A stretch of DNA of 64,000 bases, taken from assembly GCA_963775425.1 (NCBI GenBank), contig CAVZJB010000005.1, positions 160,001 to 224,000 on the forward strand. The letters are read 5' to 3'. Source of the stretch: an uncultured delta proteobacterium (GTDB taxonomy: Bacteria > Myxococcota > UBA727 > VGSZ01). The number at the start of each line of letters is the position of its first letter. Positions within the stretch are counted from its first letter, which is position 1. The notes under the pieces are model-generated. The model was given only the letters and a program-made list of their open reading frames with translations, was not told where the DNA came from and searched no databases. The position numbers and the translations under genes were made by a program. This document shows positions 10,273 to 22,615 of the stretch, piece after piece.

Positions 10273-10715
10273 TCGGCGGCCCCGGAGATGGGTGCAGGTG
10301 GTGGGTTCGAGAAGGCGGTGACGACGTCGATGGGGATGCGCCTGGGGCGGTTGCGCTCGATGGAGACGAACACCCACTCGGTGCGCGCGCGGACCAGCTC
10401 GAGCTCGCCGCGCATGATCCGGGTGACGCGCAGCGCGGACGCCGGGCGGAACTCGTCCACCCACGTGACGATGCGGACGGTCTCCCCGCCCTCGGCGGGG
10501 CGCAGGTAGTCGATCTCGTGGCGGCGGATGAGGAAGAAGCAGCCGGTGCCCTGGTAGCGCTCCTTGGTCCAGCCGATGGCGTCGGAGTGCGCGCGCGTGG
10601 CTTCCTGCACCCAGCGGACGTAGGCGATGTTGGAGATGTGGCAGTTCTCGTCGACGTCGCTGTCGGGAGCGATCATCGTGAGCTCGAACGGCGCTCCCGG
10701 TCCCTGTCGCACCAT
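10269..10715 (-). CDS. acyl-CoA thioesterase (4HBT/YbgC-like)
   Basis: SDVDENCHISNIAYVRW and IDYLRP hot-dog-fold motifs. Confidence 0.88.
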   Translation of the reverse strand: MVRQGPGAPFELTMIAPDSDVDENCHISNIAYVRWVQEATRAHSDAIGWTKERYQGTGCFFLIRRHEIDYLRPAEGGETVRIVTWVDEFRPASALRVTRIMRGELELVRARTEWVFVSIERNRPRRIPIDVVTAFSNPPPAPISGAAE

Positions 10716-10822
10716 GGGCGCATCGGTGCCACGAGGCAGCGCGCCTCGCAAGAGCCGCCGCCCGCTCTCCGAGCGGTTCCCCGAGGATTGCCGCGGGCGA
10801 GCTGGGGTGGCATCACCGACCG

Positions 10823-13800
10823 ATGCGCCGTCTGTTCGTCGTCGTCCCGGTCGCCTCCTGTCTGCTCGCTTCGCTGTCCGGGTGTCCGCCGGCGGCCCCC
10901 ATGGCGCGGGCCGCCCGCGTCCAGAGCCGGGCGGAGCTCATCGGCGGGCCGCGGGCGCTCGGCGAGGTGGGCGACTGGCTCCTCGAAAACGGCAAGGTCC
11001 GCTTCATCATCCAGGACGAAGGGTTCTCCCGCGGCTTCGGCGTGTTCGGCGGCGCCCTCATCGACGCGGATTCTGGTGCGGCCGGAGGAGGGCCGGGGCG
11101 ACTCCACCGGCGGCAAGGGGCGCGACAACTTCGGCGAGATGTTCCCCGCGTTCTTCCTCGAGGCGCTGAACCCCACGTCCATCCTCCCGGATCCCAAAAA
11201 CCCCGGGCAGCTCCTGCCCGCCATCTCCATCGAGAAGGACGGCAGCGACGGCGGCGACGCCGTCCTCCTCGTCACCGCCGTCGGTGACGACTTCCTCGCC
11301 ATCACGCAAAACGTCAACCAGTTCGCCCTCGACGACTCACGCCTGTCGCCCAAGTTCAACTTCGAGACGCGCTACATCCTCCATCCGGACGCGCAATACG
11401 TCGAGATCGACAGCAAGGTCACCAACGTCTCCAACACCACCATCGACTACCCGCAGGAGATCGCCGGCGCGCAGGTGCCGACGCCCTTCGGCGACGTCAT
11501 CCTCTTCGGCGCGGGCAACAAGGTGTTCACGCCCAACCAGGCCGGCTACGACCTGCGCTTCCAGCTCGAGGACATCTACGCGTCCAACGCGGTCGCGCTG
11601 CCGGCGTTCCCCGGCCTCGTGCAGGAGTTCGTCGCCAGCTCGTCCAAGGACGTCAGCTACGGCCTGATGACGTTCCCGCCCAAAAAGGAAGAGTGCGTCG
11701 ATCCGGACCCGGCCAACTGCGCGCAGAACTTCGCCTTCGCCAACAAGGCCGCGTTCGACGCCTGCCCCCTGTGCGGCACGCCCGCCACCGAGCACTCGGT
11801 GCACGTGCCGTTCATCGCCTCGGCGTTCACCGGCGCCTTCCAGGTGCTCCCGCCGCCGAAGATGAAGCCCGGCGACTCGTTCCACGTGCGCCGCGCCTTC
11901 ATCGTCGGGCGCGGCGACGTCGCCGGCGTCAGCGACGTCGTCTACAACCTCCTCGGCGACAAGACGGGCACCCTCACGGGCCGCGTGCAGGAGCGGCAGC
12001 GGCCGCGCTTCGTCGAGGGCGCCAGCGTCTTCGTCGAGGACGCCGCCGGCAACAAGGTGACGGAGGCCGCCACCCACACGGAGGGCTTCTTCGACGCCAA
12101 GCTGCGCCCGGGCCACTACCAGCTCGTCGTCGCCGTGCCCGGCCAGGCACCCAGCGCCCCGGTGGGCGTGGACATCGGCGCCGGCAAGGAGAGCTTCGAG
12201 ACCCTGTTCGTGGACTCGCCCGCCGAGCTGGTGGTGACCGCGGTGGAGCAGGGCGTCGGCCGCGTGCCCGCCAAGGCCACGCTCGTCGGCACCTACAATC
12301 AGGTCGAGGACGACAGCGCGCCCAACAAGTTCCTCTTCGATCTGAGCGTCGGCGATCCCTGGCGCTACACCGACCTCATCCCCGACAAGGCCGACGACCC
12401 AAGCACCCGCCGCTTCATCGAGACGTTCAACTTCTCCGCCGACGGCGTCATCCACCTCAAGGCGCGCCCGGGCAAGTACACGCTCGTGGTCGGGCGCGGC
12501 ATCGAATACGACCGCGTGGAGATCCCGGTGACCCTCACGGCCGGCGTCACGGTCAACCAGCAGGCGGTGCTCCACCGCGTCGTCGACACCACCGGCTACG
12601 TCAGCGCCGACTTCCACCTGCACTCGCAGTACAGCCTCGACTCCGGCGCCAAGGTCGAGGACCGCATCGCCTCCTACGCCGCCGAGGGCCTCGAGTACGC
12701 GGTGAGCACGGACCACAACTTCGTCGTCGACTATCAGCCCGTCATCGCCAAGCTCGGCATGGAGAAGTGGATCAACAGCGCGGTGGGCATCGAGCTCACC
12801 ACCATCGATCGCGGCCACTTCCAGGGCTATCCGCTCGCGCGGCAGCCGGGCTCGCTCATCAAGAAGAAGAACGGCACGTTCGACACCATCGCCAGCCGCA
12901 CCTACGGCTCGTTCGAGTGGGCGCTGCGCACGCCGCAGCAGGTGTTCGACGACCTGCGCAAGCTCGGGCGTCAGCGTGACGGAAAGACGCTGCCCATCAT
13001 CGTGCAGGTGAACCACCCACGCGACTCCATCCTCGGCTACTTCGATCAGTACGGCGTCACGCAGTGCGCGCCCGGCGCCGTCGGCTGCGTGCAGCTCGAG
13101 CCGCAGGGCATCACCAACGCGCTGTTGAAGCCGGACGACACCCTCGGCAACGGCGGCAACCAACGCCCCGGGCGCCACGTCGAGTTCAACAAGGCCAACT
13201 TCAGCTTCGACTTCGATGCGCTCGAGGTGCTGAACGGCAAGCGCTACGAGTTCCTGCACAGCTTCCGCGTGCCCACGGACGCGCCCACGGTGACGCTCCC
13301 CGACGGCAGCGTGCACACCGTAAACCCCGCGTCGTGTTGCGAGGTGCGCCCCGGGGACATCGTGCTCGAGCCGTCCACCAAGGCGTGCCGCGACGGCAGC
13401 AAGGACTGCACGTGCGACGCCGACACGTTCCAGTTCCAGCTCGAGAGCAACAACTGCAACACGGGCTCCATCGCCTTCCCCGGCGTCGTCGAGGATTGGA
13501 TGAACCTGCTCGAGGCGCGCCCCGAGCGGCCGGTGATCGGCACCGCCAACTCCGACAGCCACGAGCCGCAGAAGGAGGAGCCGGCCACGCCGCGCACGTA
13601 CGTCGGCGTGGGCACCGACGAGCCGCAACAGGTCACCCCCGACGACATCTACGACGCGTTCCAGCGCGGCGACGTGCTGATGACCAACGGGCCGTTCGTT
13701 CGCGTCACCGCGGACGGCGTGCCGATGGGCGGCACCGTGGTCCCGCAGGCCGGCAAGGTGACGCTGGCGGTGCACATCGACAGCGCGCCGTGGATCGTGC

Positions 13801-14381
13801 CGCAGCACATGATCGTCTACGAGGACGGCGAGGCCGTGGCGCAGGAGGACCTCGCCGGCAAGGCGGGGCCGCAGGACGTGACGCTCGACGTCGACGCCGC
13901 CGTCGACGGCTTCATCATCGTCGAGATCACCGGCAACGGCAGCGAGTTCCCCTCCATCTACCCGAACGAGATCCCGCCGCTGCAGTTCACCGACGTCATC
14001 GGCGCGCTCGGCTCGTCCTTCGGCTTCGGCAGCAGCGCCGACGCGCTCAAGCCGAGCCTCAAGACGGTCACCACGCCGTACGCGCTCACGAACCCCATCT
14101 GGGTCGACGCCGACGGCGACGGCAAGATCACCACGTCGAGGTCGCTGCCCGATCCGGCGCAGCCCTCGGTGCACCGCGACCGCCCGCAGATCCCGAGCTT
14201 GATGAAGCACGTCGACGTGGCCTGGGTGGAGACGGCGGCGGAGGCCTCCTACGACGCGTGGATGAAGGTCCCGGTGCGCAAGCGCATCGCGCTGTCCCGC
14301 CTGCCCATGTGGCTGTGGCCGTCGGACGACCCGCGTGACGTCCGCCGCGTGCTCCTGCAGTTCGTCGCGCACGCGGACTGA
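10823..14381 (+). CDS. large CehA/McbA-like PHP metallohydrolase lipoprotein with carboxypeptidase-regulatory-like domains; frameshifted at ~11071
   Basis: N-terminus in ORF 10823..11287 (lipobox LSGC, GDWLLENGKVRFII) continues in ORF ..14381 after one extra T. PHP motifs DFHLHS, STDHN, VNHPRD, NSDSH. Confidence 0.8.
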
Positions 14382-14480
14382 ACATCCGCGTTCGGCGCGC
14401 GTTCGGCGCGCGCTCCACGGCGACGGCCCCCGTCACACGGGCGCCGGGCAGGGCCGGCTTGTTCCGCGGTACCATACGCC

Positions 14481-15845
14481 ATGGCCATCCGGGTCACCTC
14501 CCCGCAGCCCACCGTCGGCGCCGGTGCCGCCGGCGGGCTGCCGCCCACGCTGGAAAAGGGGATCAACGACACCGGCCTGGTCAACTCCGGCACCAACGCC
14601 AAGCAGGTGGCGCAAGGCATCCTGCAGAACCTCGCGAGCGCGGGCTTCAGCGCGCCGCCCAAGGGCGACCTCGGCGCAAAGCTGCAAAGCGCGCTCAAGA
14701 GCTTCCAGCAGGCCAACGGCCTGCCGAAGACCGGGCTGCTCGACGCCGCCACCATCACCGCGCTCAAGAACAAGGGCGTGGTGGAAAACCCCGAGGCGCA
14801 GCAGGCGCAGCAGAAGGCGGCGCAGGACGGCTTCGACAAGGCCGGCTTCGGCCTGCTCAAGCAGGGCGAGAAGGGGCGCGCCGACCTCGTGCAGAGCGGG
14901 ACGCCCGACACCAACTTCCTCGACGCGCTCATCGACAAGCTCGGGCCCGGCGGGCCCAACGAGGGCATGTCCGCCAAGGACGTCGCCGGCGCCGCGCAGG
15001 CGCAGGAGGCGCAGGTCAACGCGCAGCAGGTGAGCGAGGCCAAAAAGGGCGAGGGCGCGCAGAAGAAGGGCTCGACCACGGACGCCCAGAAGGACATCGA
15101 GCTGCCCACCAACCAGCAGCTCGACCGGGGGACGTCGTCGGGCGTGAAGGTGGCGCGCGGCCTCAAGAGCGAGGCGCAAAAGACCGAGGAGAAGCGCCGC
15201 AAGAACGCGCTCGCCGGCCACGACCCCACGGAGGCCGGCGCCGAGGAGGGCGACGACCTCGAGGGCGTCGGCGAGGACGGCAAGCGGCGGCGCGGCAAGG
15301 GCGGCGACCACGACGGCGGCGACGACGAGGGCGAGGAGCGCGCGGGCTCGGCCGGCCCCGGCGACGAGGACGGCACCGAGCGCGACCGCGGCAACGCCCA
15401 CAGCGGCGACGAGGACCACGCGAACAACAAGCGCGGCAACGCCAGCATCGACGACGGCAGCGTGCCCGACGCCGGGCACTATCGCGTGCCGTCCATCAGC
15501 GAGCAGGCCTTCGCGGCGCTCGACAAGATCCAGAAGGACGCATCGGTGGAGAACCGCGCCACCACCTATTCGTGGGACGTGATGTTCTACAAGCCGGGCG
15601 TGTACGCCGCGGGACAGAAGGCGCAGGACCTCGTGCACCTCGTCGTCGAGAGCGCCACGGCCTTCGATCAGGTGTGGTCGCGCGCGCAGGCCAACCTCAA
15701 CGTGCTGGTGAGGCGCACCGATCCCGACGGCGCCGTCCCCACCCTCGACGACATCATCCAGGCCATCCGCCAGGCGCGCGCCCGCGACGGCGACGACACC
15801 GCCGCCAAGCTCGGCAAATTCACCCGGCCCATGGGCAAGGCGTGA
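14481..15845 (+). CDS. peptidoglycan-binding (PG_binding_1) domain protein with acidic low-complexity middle
   Basis: LQNLASAGF...ALKSFQQANGLPKTGLLDAATITAL matches the PGBD pattern. Confidence 0.8.
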   Translation: MAIRVTSPQPTVGAGAAGGLPPTLEKGINDTGLVNSGTNAKQVAQGILQNLASAGFSAPPKGDLGAKLQSALKSFQQANGLPKTGLLDAATITALKNKGVVENPEAQQAQQKAAQDGFDKAGFGLLKQGEKGRADLVQSGTPDTNFLDALIDKLGPGGPNEGMSAKDVAGAAQAQEAQVNAQQVSEAKKGEGAQKKGSTTDAQKDIELPTNQQLDRGTSSGVKVARGLKSEAQKTEEKRRKNALAGHDPTEAGAEEGDDLEGVGEDGKRRRGKGGDHDGGDDEGEERAGSAGPGDEDGTERDRGNAHSGDEDHANNKRGNASIDDGSVPDAGHYRVPSISEQAFAALDKIQKDASVENRATTYSWDVMFYKPGVYAAGQKAQDLVHLVVESATAFDQVWSRAQANLNVLVRRTDPDGAVPTLDDIIQAIRQARARDGDDTAAKLGKFTRPMGKA

Positions 15846-15912
15846 CCCGACCGCGGGTGGCGCGCGCCCTGTGGCCCGTCGACGTTGTCCACGTCCCGCG
15901 TTAATCCGCGAC

Positions 15913-16656
15913 ATGGTGTTTCGACAGCTCTTCGACCCCGAGTCGTGGACGTACACATATCTCCTCGGTGACGGCGGCCAGGCCGTGCTCATCGACCCCG
16001 TGCGCGAGATGGTCGAGCGCGACCTCGAGCAGCTCGCCGCGCTGTCGCTCACGCTCGTGTGCACGCTCGAGACCCACGTCCACGCCGACCACGTCACCGG
16101 CGCCTGGGCGCTCAAGCAAAAGACCGGCTCGAAGATCGCGGTGGCCGAGGCCGCGGGCGTCGCCTGCGCCGACGTCGAGCTCGTCGACGGCGACGTCGTG
16201 CGCTACGGCCAGGAGAGCCTCACCGTGCGCGCCACGCCCGGCCACACGCGCAGTTGCCTCACCTACGTCGGCGACGGCGTCGCCTTCACCGGCGACGCGC
16301 TCCTCGTCCGCGGCTGCGGCCGCACCGACTTCCAGGAGGGCGACGCCCGCGCGCTCTACCACTCGGTGCGAGACGTCATCCTCGCGTTGCCGCCGCACAC
16401 GCTGCTGTATCCCGCGCACGACTACCACGGCCGCGGCGTCACCAGCGTCGTCGAGGAGCGCACGCGCAACCCTCGCTTGAAGGACGGCATCGGCGAGGAG
16501 GCGTTCGCCGCCATCATGGCCGGCCTGACCCTCGCCCCGCCGCGCAAGATCAAGGAGGCGGTGCCGGCGAACCTTCGCTGCGGCGACGTCCCGTCGTCGC
16601 CGATGGCGCCCGGGGCCGTGGAGCCCCCGGGCTTCATCGGCGGCGAAGGCATCTGA
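15913..16656 (+). CDS. persulfide dioxygenase (ETHE1-like MBL fold)
   Basis: FRQLFDPES, ETHVHADHVTG, RGCGRTDFQ, YPAHDY, PANLRCG. Confidence 0.9.
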   Translation: MVFRQLFDPESWTYTYLLGDGGQAVLIDPVREMVERDLEQLAALSLTLVCTLETHVHADHVTGAWALKQKTGSKIAVAEAAGVACADVELVDGDVVRYGQESLTVRATPGHTRSCLTYVGDGVAFTGDALLVRGCGRTDFQEGDARALYHSVRDVILALPPHTLLYPAHDYHGRGVTSVVEERTRNPRLKDGIGEEAFAAIMAGLTLAPPRKIKEAVPANLRCGDVPSSPMAPGAVEPPGFIGGEGI

Positions 16657-16671
16657 GCGGCGCCGTCGTCG

Positions 16672-17325
16672 TCACCCGCCGCCGTCGAGCGCGGCTGTGC
16701 GCGCGTTCAGCCGGGCGAGCACAACGTCGCGGACGCGCGCCGGGGCCTTGTCGACGCTGCCGGCGTCGAGCGGCGGGCGCGGGTCGTATTCGATGCCGAG
16801 CTGGATGCCCATCGCGACATCGTCACCGGCGAGCTCCTGCGTGAGCGTCAGCGCCAGATCGATGCCCGCGGAGACGCCGGCGGCGGTGGCGACTTTGCCG
16901 TCGCGAACGACGCGCTCGTCGACGACGTCGGCGCCGTGTGCGCGCAGCCGCTCGCGCGAAGCCCAGTGCGTCGTCGCGCGCTTGCCGCGGAGGAGCCCGG
17001 CGGCGCCGAGGAGCAGCGCGCCCGTGCACACCGACGCCGTGATCCGCGTGGTCTCGTGCACCGCCCGCAGCCACGCGCACACGCGCGCGTCGCGCTCGAG
17101 CGCGCGCGTGGCGATCCCCCCGGGGACGACGAGGAGGTCGGCGGCGCTGACGTCGTCGATGGACGCGGCGGCCTCGATGCCGGCCACGCCGTCGTCGGCG
17201 TGCACGACGCCGCGGGACGGAGCGACGAAGACGCTCGAGGCACCCGGCAGCCGGGCGAGCACCTGATAGGGCCCGATGACGTCGAGGGGCGTGAGGCCGT
17301 CGAAGACGAAGAAGACAATGCGCAT
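16672..17325 (-). CDS. DJ-1/PfpI family protein (isonitrile hydratase InhA-like)
   Basis: LDVIGP, SVCTGALLLG, TAAGVSAGID, IEYDPRPP. Confidence 0.88.
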   Translation of the reverse strand: MRIVFFVFDGLTPLDVIGPYQVLARLPGASSVFVAPSRGVVHADDGVAGIEAAASIDDVSAADLLVVPGGIATRALERDARVCAWLRAVHETTRITASVCTGALLLGAAGLLRGKRATTHWASRERLRAHGADVVDERVVRDGKVATAAGVSAGIDLALTLTQELAGDDVAMGIQLGIEYDPRPPLDAGSVDKAPARVRDVVLARLNARTAALDGGG

Positions 17326-17342
17326 GCGATCCTCCGGACCAA

Positions 17343-18314
17343 TCAAGAGCCCGCCGCGAAGCGCGCGCGGTACTCGCGTGGGTTGAGGCCGACGCCGCGC
17401 GCGAAGGCGCGGCGAAGAGCGTCGGGGCTGCCGAAGCCGGCGGCCGCGGCGATGTCGTCGATGGCGCGGCCCCTGTGGTCTTCGAGCATGCGGCGGGCGG
17501 CGTCGACGCGAACGCGCTCGACGAACGCCGCCGGCGTGGCGCCGGTGGTCTCGCGGAACACGCGGCCGAAGTGGCGGACGCTCATGTGCGCGCGGCCGGC
17601 GAGAGCGGGGACGGAGAGGTCGGCGGCGGGCTGCTCGACGATGAACGCCTGCAGGTCGCGCAGCGGCGACGATGCGGCGGCCTGCGCGGCGAGCGGCGGG
17701 CTGAACTGCGACTGTCCGCCGGCGCGGCGCACGAACACGACGAGCCAGCGCGCCACGAGGAGCGCGAGGTCGCGTCCGTGATCGGCCTCGATGAGGGCGA
17801 GCGCGAGGTCGATGCCCGCGGTCACGCCGGCCGAGGTCCAGACGCGTCCGTCACGCACATAGATGGGATCGGCCTCGACGGTGACGCGCGGGAAGCGCCG
17901 GGCGAGCGCGTCGCAGTACGCCCAGTGCGTCGTCGCGCGCTTGCGGTCGAGGAGGCCCGCGGCGGCGAGGAGGAACGACCCGGTGCACACCGACGCAACG
18001 CGGCGGGCGCGGCGGGCGGCGGCGGCGACGGCGCGGACGACGGCGGGGTCGTCGCCGGCGGCGCGGGTGCCGGCGCCGCCGGCGACGAGGAGCGTGTCGA
18101 CGGGCGCGCGAGCGAGCGCCGCGAGGGATGTGTGTGCGACCAGGGCGAGGCCGTTGTCCCCGCGGACGACGCCCCGGCGCGGCGCGGCAACGACGACGTC
18201 GTACGCCGCGCCCGCGCGCGCGGCTCCGGTGAAGGCGTCGAACGGCCCGACGACGTCGAGCGGCTGAAACCCGGGGAACGCGACGATGGCGATGCGAGGA
18301 GCGCGTCGGACCAT
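17343..18314 (-). CDS. GlxA-family AraC transcriptional regulator
   Basis: DJ-1-like N-domain (SVCTG, TSAGVTAGID, RRAGGQSQFS) plus C-terminal AraC double HTH. Confidence 0.93.
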   Translation of the reverse strand: MVRRAPRIAIVAFPGFQPLDVVGPFDAFTGAARAGAAYDVVVAAPRRGVVRGDNGLALVAHTSLAALARAPVDTLLVAGGAGTRAAGDDPAVVRAVAAAARRARRVASVCTGSFLLAAAGLLDRKRATTHWAYCDALARRFPRVTVEADPIYVRDGRVWTSAGVTAGIDLALALIEADHGRDLALLVARWLVVFVRRAGGQSQFSPPLAAQAAASSPLRDLQAFIVEQPAADLSVPALAGRAHMSVRHFGRVFRETTGATPAAFVERVRVDAARRMLEDHRGRAIDDIAAAAGFGSPDALRRAFARGVGLNPREYRARFAAGS

Positions 18315-18425
18315 GCGCGGATCGTGGCGGCCGCGGCGCCATGGCGCAAGGACACTGATCGTGCAGTTCAGGCCATCGGCGCCCGCGCGAGGGCCATGGG
18401 GCGGGGCCTGCTCGGCCCGCTCGGC

Positions 18426-20191
<1,766 letters not shown>

Positions 20192-20195
<4 letters not shown>

Positions 20196-20473
20196 CGATC
20201 CTCCCCGAAGCGCTCACTGATGAGCCCCACCACGGCGTCGACGGCGGCCTTGGCCTGGTCGTCCTCCCCGACGGCGGTGAGCGTGAGATCGGTGCCTTTG
20301 GCCGCGGCCAGCATCAGGACGCCCATGATGCTCTTGGCGTTCACCGTCATGTCGTCGTGTCCGATCTTGAGCTCGACGGGGAACTTGGACGCGAGCTGCA
20401 CCAGCTTTGACGCGGCGCGCGCGTGCAAGCCGAGGTCGTTCACGATTGTCACCTGCCGCGAGATCTCACTCAT
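20192..20473 (-). CDS. ptsH: phosphocarrier protein HPr
   Basis: GLHARAA (His15) and NAKSIMGV (Ser46) motifs. Confidence 0.97.
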
Positions 20474-20497
20474 GACGTCGATTCTACTCCCTTCGGC

Positions 20498-21415
20498 TCA
20501 ACCCTGATCGATGTCGCGGTGCACCACGCGCGCGTCGACGCCGCGCGCGCGCAGGCGGGCGCCGAGGGCGTTGGCGATGGTGGGAGAGCGGTGGCGGCCG
20601 CCGGTGCAGCCGACCGCGACGGTGACGTACGTCTTCCCCTCGTGCTCGAAGCGAGGCAGCAGGAAGGAGACCATGTCGTCGAGGCGGTCGAGGAACGGCC
20701 CCGCGTCGGGCTGCCCGAGCACGTAGCTCTGGACGGGCTCGTCGTTGCCGGACATGGGGCGCAATTCCTCGACGAAGAAGGGGTTCGGCAGGAAGCGCAC
20801 GTCGAAGCACATGTCGAGCTCGTGCGGCAGCCCGTGCTTGAAGCCGAAGGAGAGCACGGTGACGAGCTGACGCTTCTGCCCCTCGACGCCGAAGCGCTCG
20901 GCGATGAGCCGCTTGAGCTCGTGCACGCTGAGCTCGCGCGTGTCGACGATGGCGTCGGCGCGCATGGAGATGTCCTGCAACAGCGCGCGCTCCTTCTCGA
21001 TTCCCTGGAGCACGCCGCCGCCGTCGTCGAGGGGGTGGCGCCGCCGCGTCTCCTTGAAGCGGCGCACGAGCACCTCGTCGCTGCAGTCGAGGAACACGAG
21101 CATGAGCTTGTGCTGGCCCGCCTTGCGCAGACGATCCCACGTCGTCGGAAGCTCGCGGAGGAACGCCGCCTCGCGGGCGTCGACGACGAACGCCAGGCGG
21201 CGCAGCCCGCCGCCGCCGAGCGAGTCCACCATGGTGATGAGCGTCTCGATGAGCTGCGGCGGCAGGTTGTCGACGACGAAGAAGCCGAGGTCCTCGAGCG
21301 CGCGCGCGGCCGTGGTCTTGCCGGCGCCGGCGAGGCCCGAGAGCACCACGATCTCCTTGGGCTCCTGAACGGCCGACGACGGCGCCGGCGGGCCTTCCGT
21401 GGTCCTCACGTTCAC
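20498..21415 (-). CDS. rapZ: RapZ/YvcJ-family P-loop protein
   Basis: SGLAGAGKT, VDNLP, ETRRRHPL, SFGFKHG, FDVRFLPNP, GCTGGRHRS; GTG overlaps the upstream TGA. Confidence 0.95.
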   Translation of the reverse strand: MNVRTTEGPPAPSSAVQEPKEIVVLSGLAGAGKTTAARALEDLGFFVVDNLPPQLIETLITMVDSLGGGGLRRLAFVVDAREAAFLRELPTTWDRLRKAGQHKLMLVFLDCSDEVLVRRFKETRRRHPLDDGGGVLQGIEKERALLQDISMRADAIVDTRELSVHELKRLIAERFGVEGQKRQLVTVLSFGFKHGLPHELDMCFDVRFLPNPFFVEELRPMSGNDEPVQSYVLGQPDAGPFLDRLDDMVSFLLPRFEHEGKTYVTVAVGCTGGRHRSPTIANALGARLRARGVDARVVHRDIDQG

Positions 21416-22491
21416 GTGCCCACCGCCACCAGGCGCGGTACGCGGCGCTCGTCGTGTTGTCGCAAGAACGCGCGCAAGCGCGGGTAGATCTCGACGGGGG
21501 CGCGCTTGCCGAACAGCATGTCGATGTGCCCGTAGTCGGCGGAGAAGCCGTGGTCGCGCGAGGCAACCATCGCATGCGCGTTGTGCAGCAGGGGGACCGC
21601 GCGCATGACGGCGTCGACGCGGGCGAGCCCGTCCTCGGGCGCCGCCACCACGAGCATCGGCGTGCTGCACCCGTTCAAGCGCGCGCGGTAGTCGACGCTG
21701 TGGTCGACGGAGCGGAAGGCGTCGTTGTCTATCCAGTCCCGGAACTGCAGGACCAGGCCGCGGGGGATGGACTGGATGGCGCGGTACATCAGGCGGCGCG
21801 TGTACGCGCCGTCGACGTTGTCGAGCGCCACGAAGCGTCGCATCCAGGCTCCGCCGAGCAGCGGCGACTGAAAGCGCAGCGCGAGCGGCGCCGCGAGCTG
21901 TGACAGCGCCGCCACGTGCAGCCCCGGCACCACGCGCCCGAGCGCGCGCACGGGCCGCAACAGCGGCATGGCGTCCCAGCCCTGGGGAAAGCCGAGCGGA
22001 GAGCCGAGGGTGACACCGGCGTGCACGCGCGCGCCGATGCCGCGGGCGAGCATCGCGTAGAGCACGAGGCCGCCCATGGAGTGGCCGATCCACATCACGC
22101 CGCTTCGACCCGTGGTGTGCGCGATGTGGTCGAGCACCGCCGGCATGTCGAGGCCGACGAAGTCGTCGAAGGTGATGCTCACCCACCGCGCGGCGTCCAT
22201 CTTGGACAGCCCGGTGCCGCGCAGGTCGACCACCCACGTGTCGAAGCCCTGCTGCGCCAGCCAGGGCGCGAGGCCGTAGGGCTCGGGGGCGTCGAAGTTG
22301 GTGGAGTCGGCGCCGAGCCCGGGCACGCACACGACGGGGAGCTTGCGCGGCGTCGCGCCCGGCACCGGGCGAAATCGCTTCACGGCGACGCGCACGCCGT
22401 CGGCGCAGGCGATCCGATGGATCTCGTCCGCGCGCGTGTGGGTCTCGTAGCGTCGACGAACGACCTCGCGATAGAGGCCGAGCAGGGGCAT
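21412..22491 (-). CDS. alpha/beta hydrolase (lipase / PHA-synthase-like)
   Basis: GHSMGG nucleophile elbow, DLRGTGLS, DYGHID catalytic His. Confidence 0.9.
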   Translation of the reverse strand: MPLLGLYREVVRRRYETHTRADEIHRIACADGVRVAVKRFRPVPGATPRKLPVVCVPGLGADSTNFDAPEPYGLAPWLAQQGFDTWVVDLRGTGLSKMDAARWVSITFDDFVGLDMPAVLDHIAHTTGRSGVMWIGHSMGGLVLYAMLARGIGARVHAGVTLGSPLGFPQGWDAMPLLRPVRALGRVVPGLHVAALSQLAAPLALRFQSPLLGGAWMRRFVALDNVDGAYTRRLMYRAIQSIPRGLVLQFRDWIDNDAFRSVDHSVDYRARLNGCSTPMLVVAAPEDGLARVDAVMRAVPLLHNAHAMVASRDHGFSADYGHIDMLFGKRAPVEIYPRLRAFLRQHDERRVPRLVAVGT

Positions 22492-22615
22492 GGGGAAATC
22501 TTAGTGGCTCGCCCCCGGCCCCGCCAATTGCGACCGGCGAAAGCGGCCGCGGGTCACTGGCCCGCGCCGCTCCCTCCGACCGTCGCCGGCGCGGCCCGGC
22601 GCCACCTTAGGGGCG

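Noticed and set aside
11337-14372. 1011-aa minus-strand ORF and many similar long overlapping ORFs (e.g. 586..2592, 17475..19868, 42399..44672, 58857..60839)
   Set aside because: Stop-poor shadow frames expected in very GC-rich DNA, lying opposite genes with clear motifs
21416-22330. RapZ fused to a long N-terminal domain (610-aa ORF)
   Set aside because: The upstream part overlaps the alpha/beta hydrolase in another frame; GTG 21415 overlaps that gene's stop
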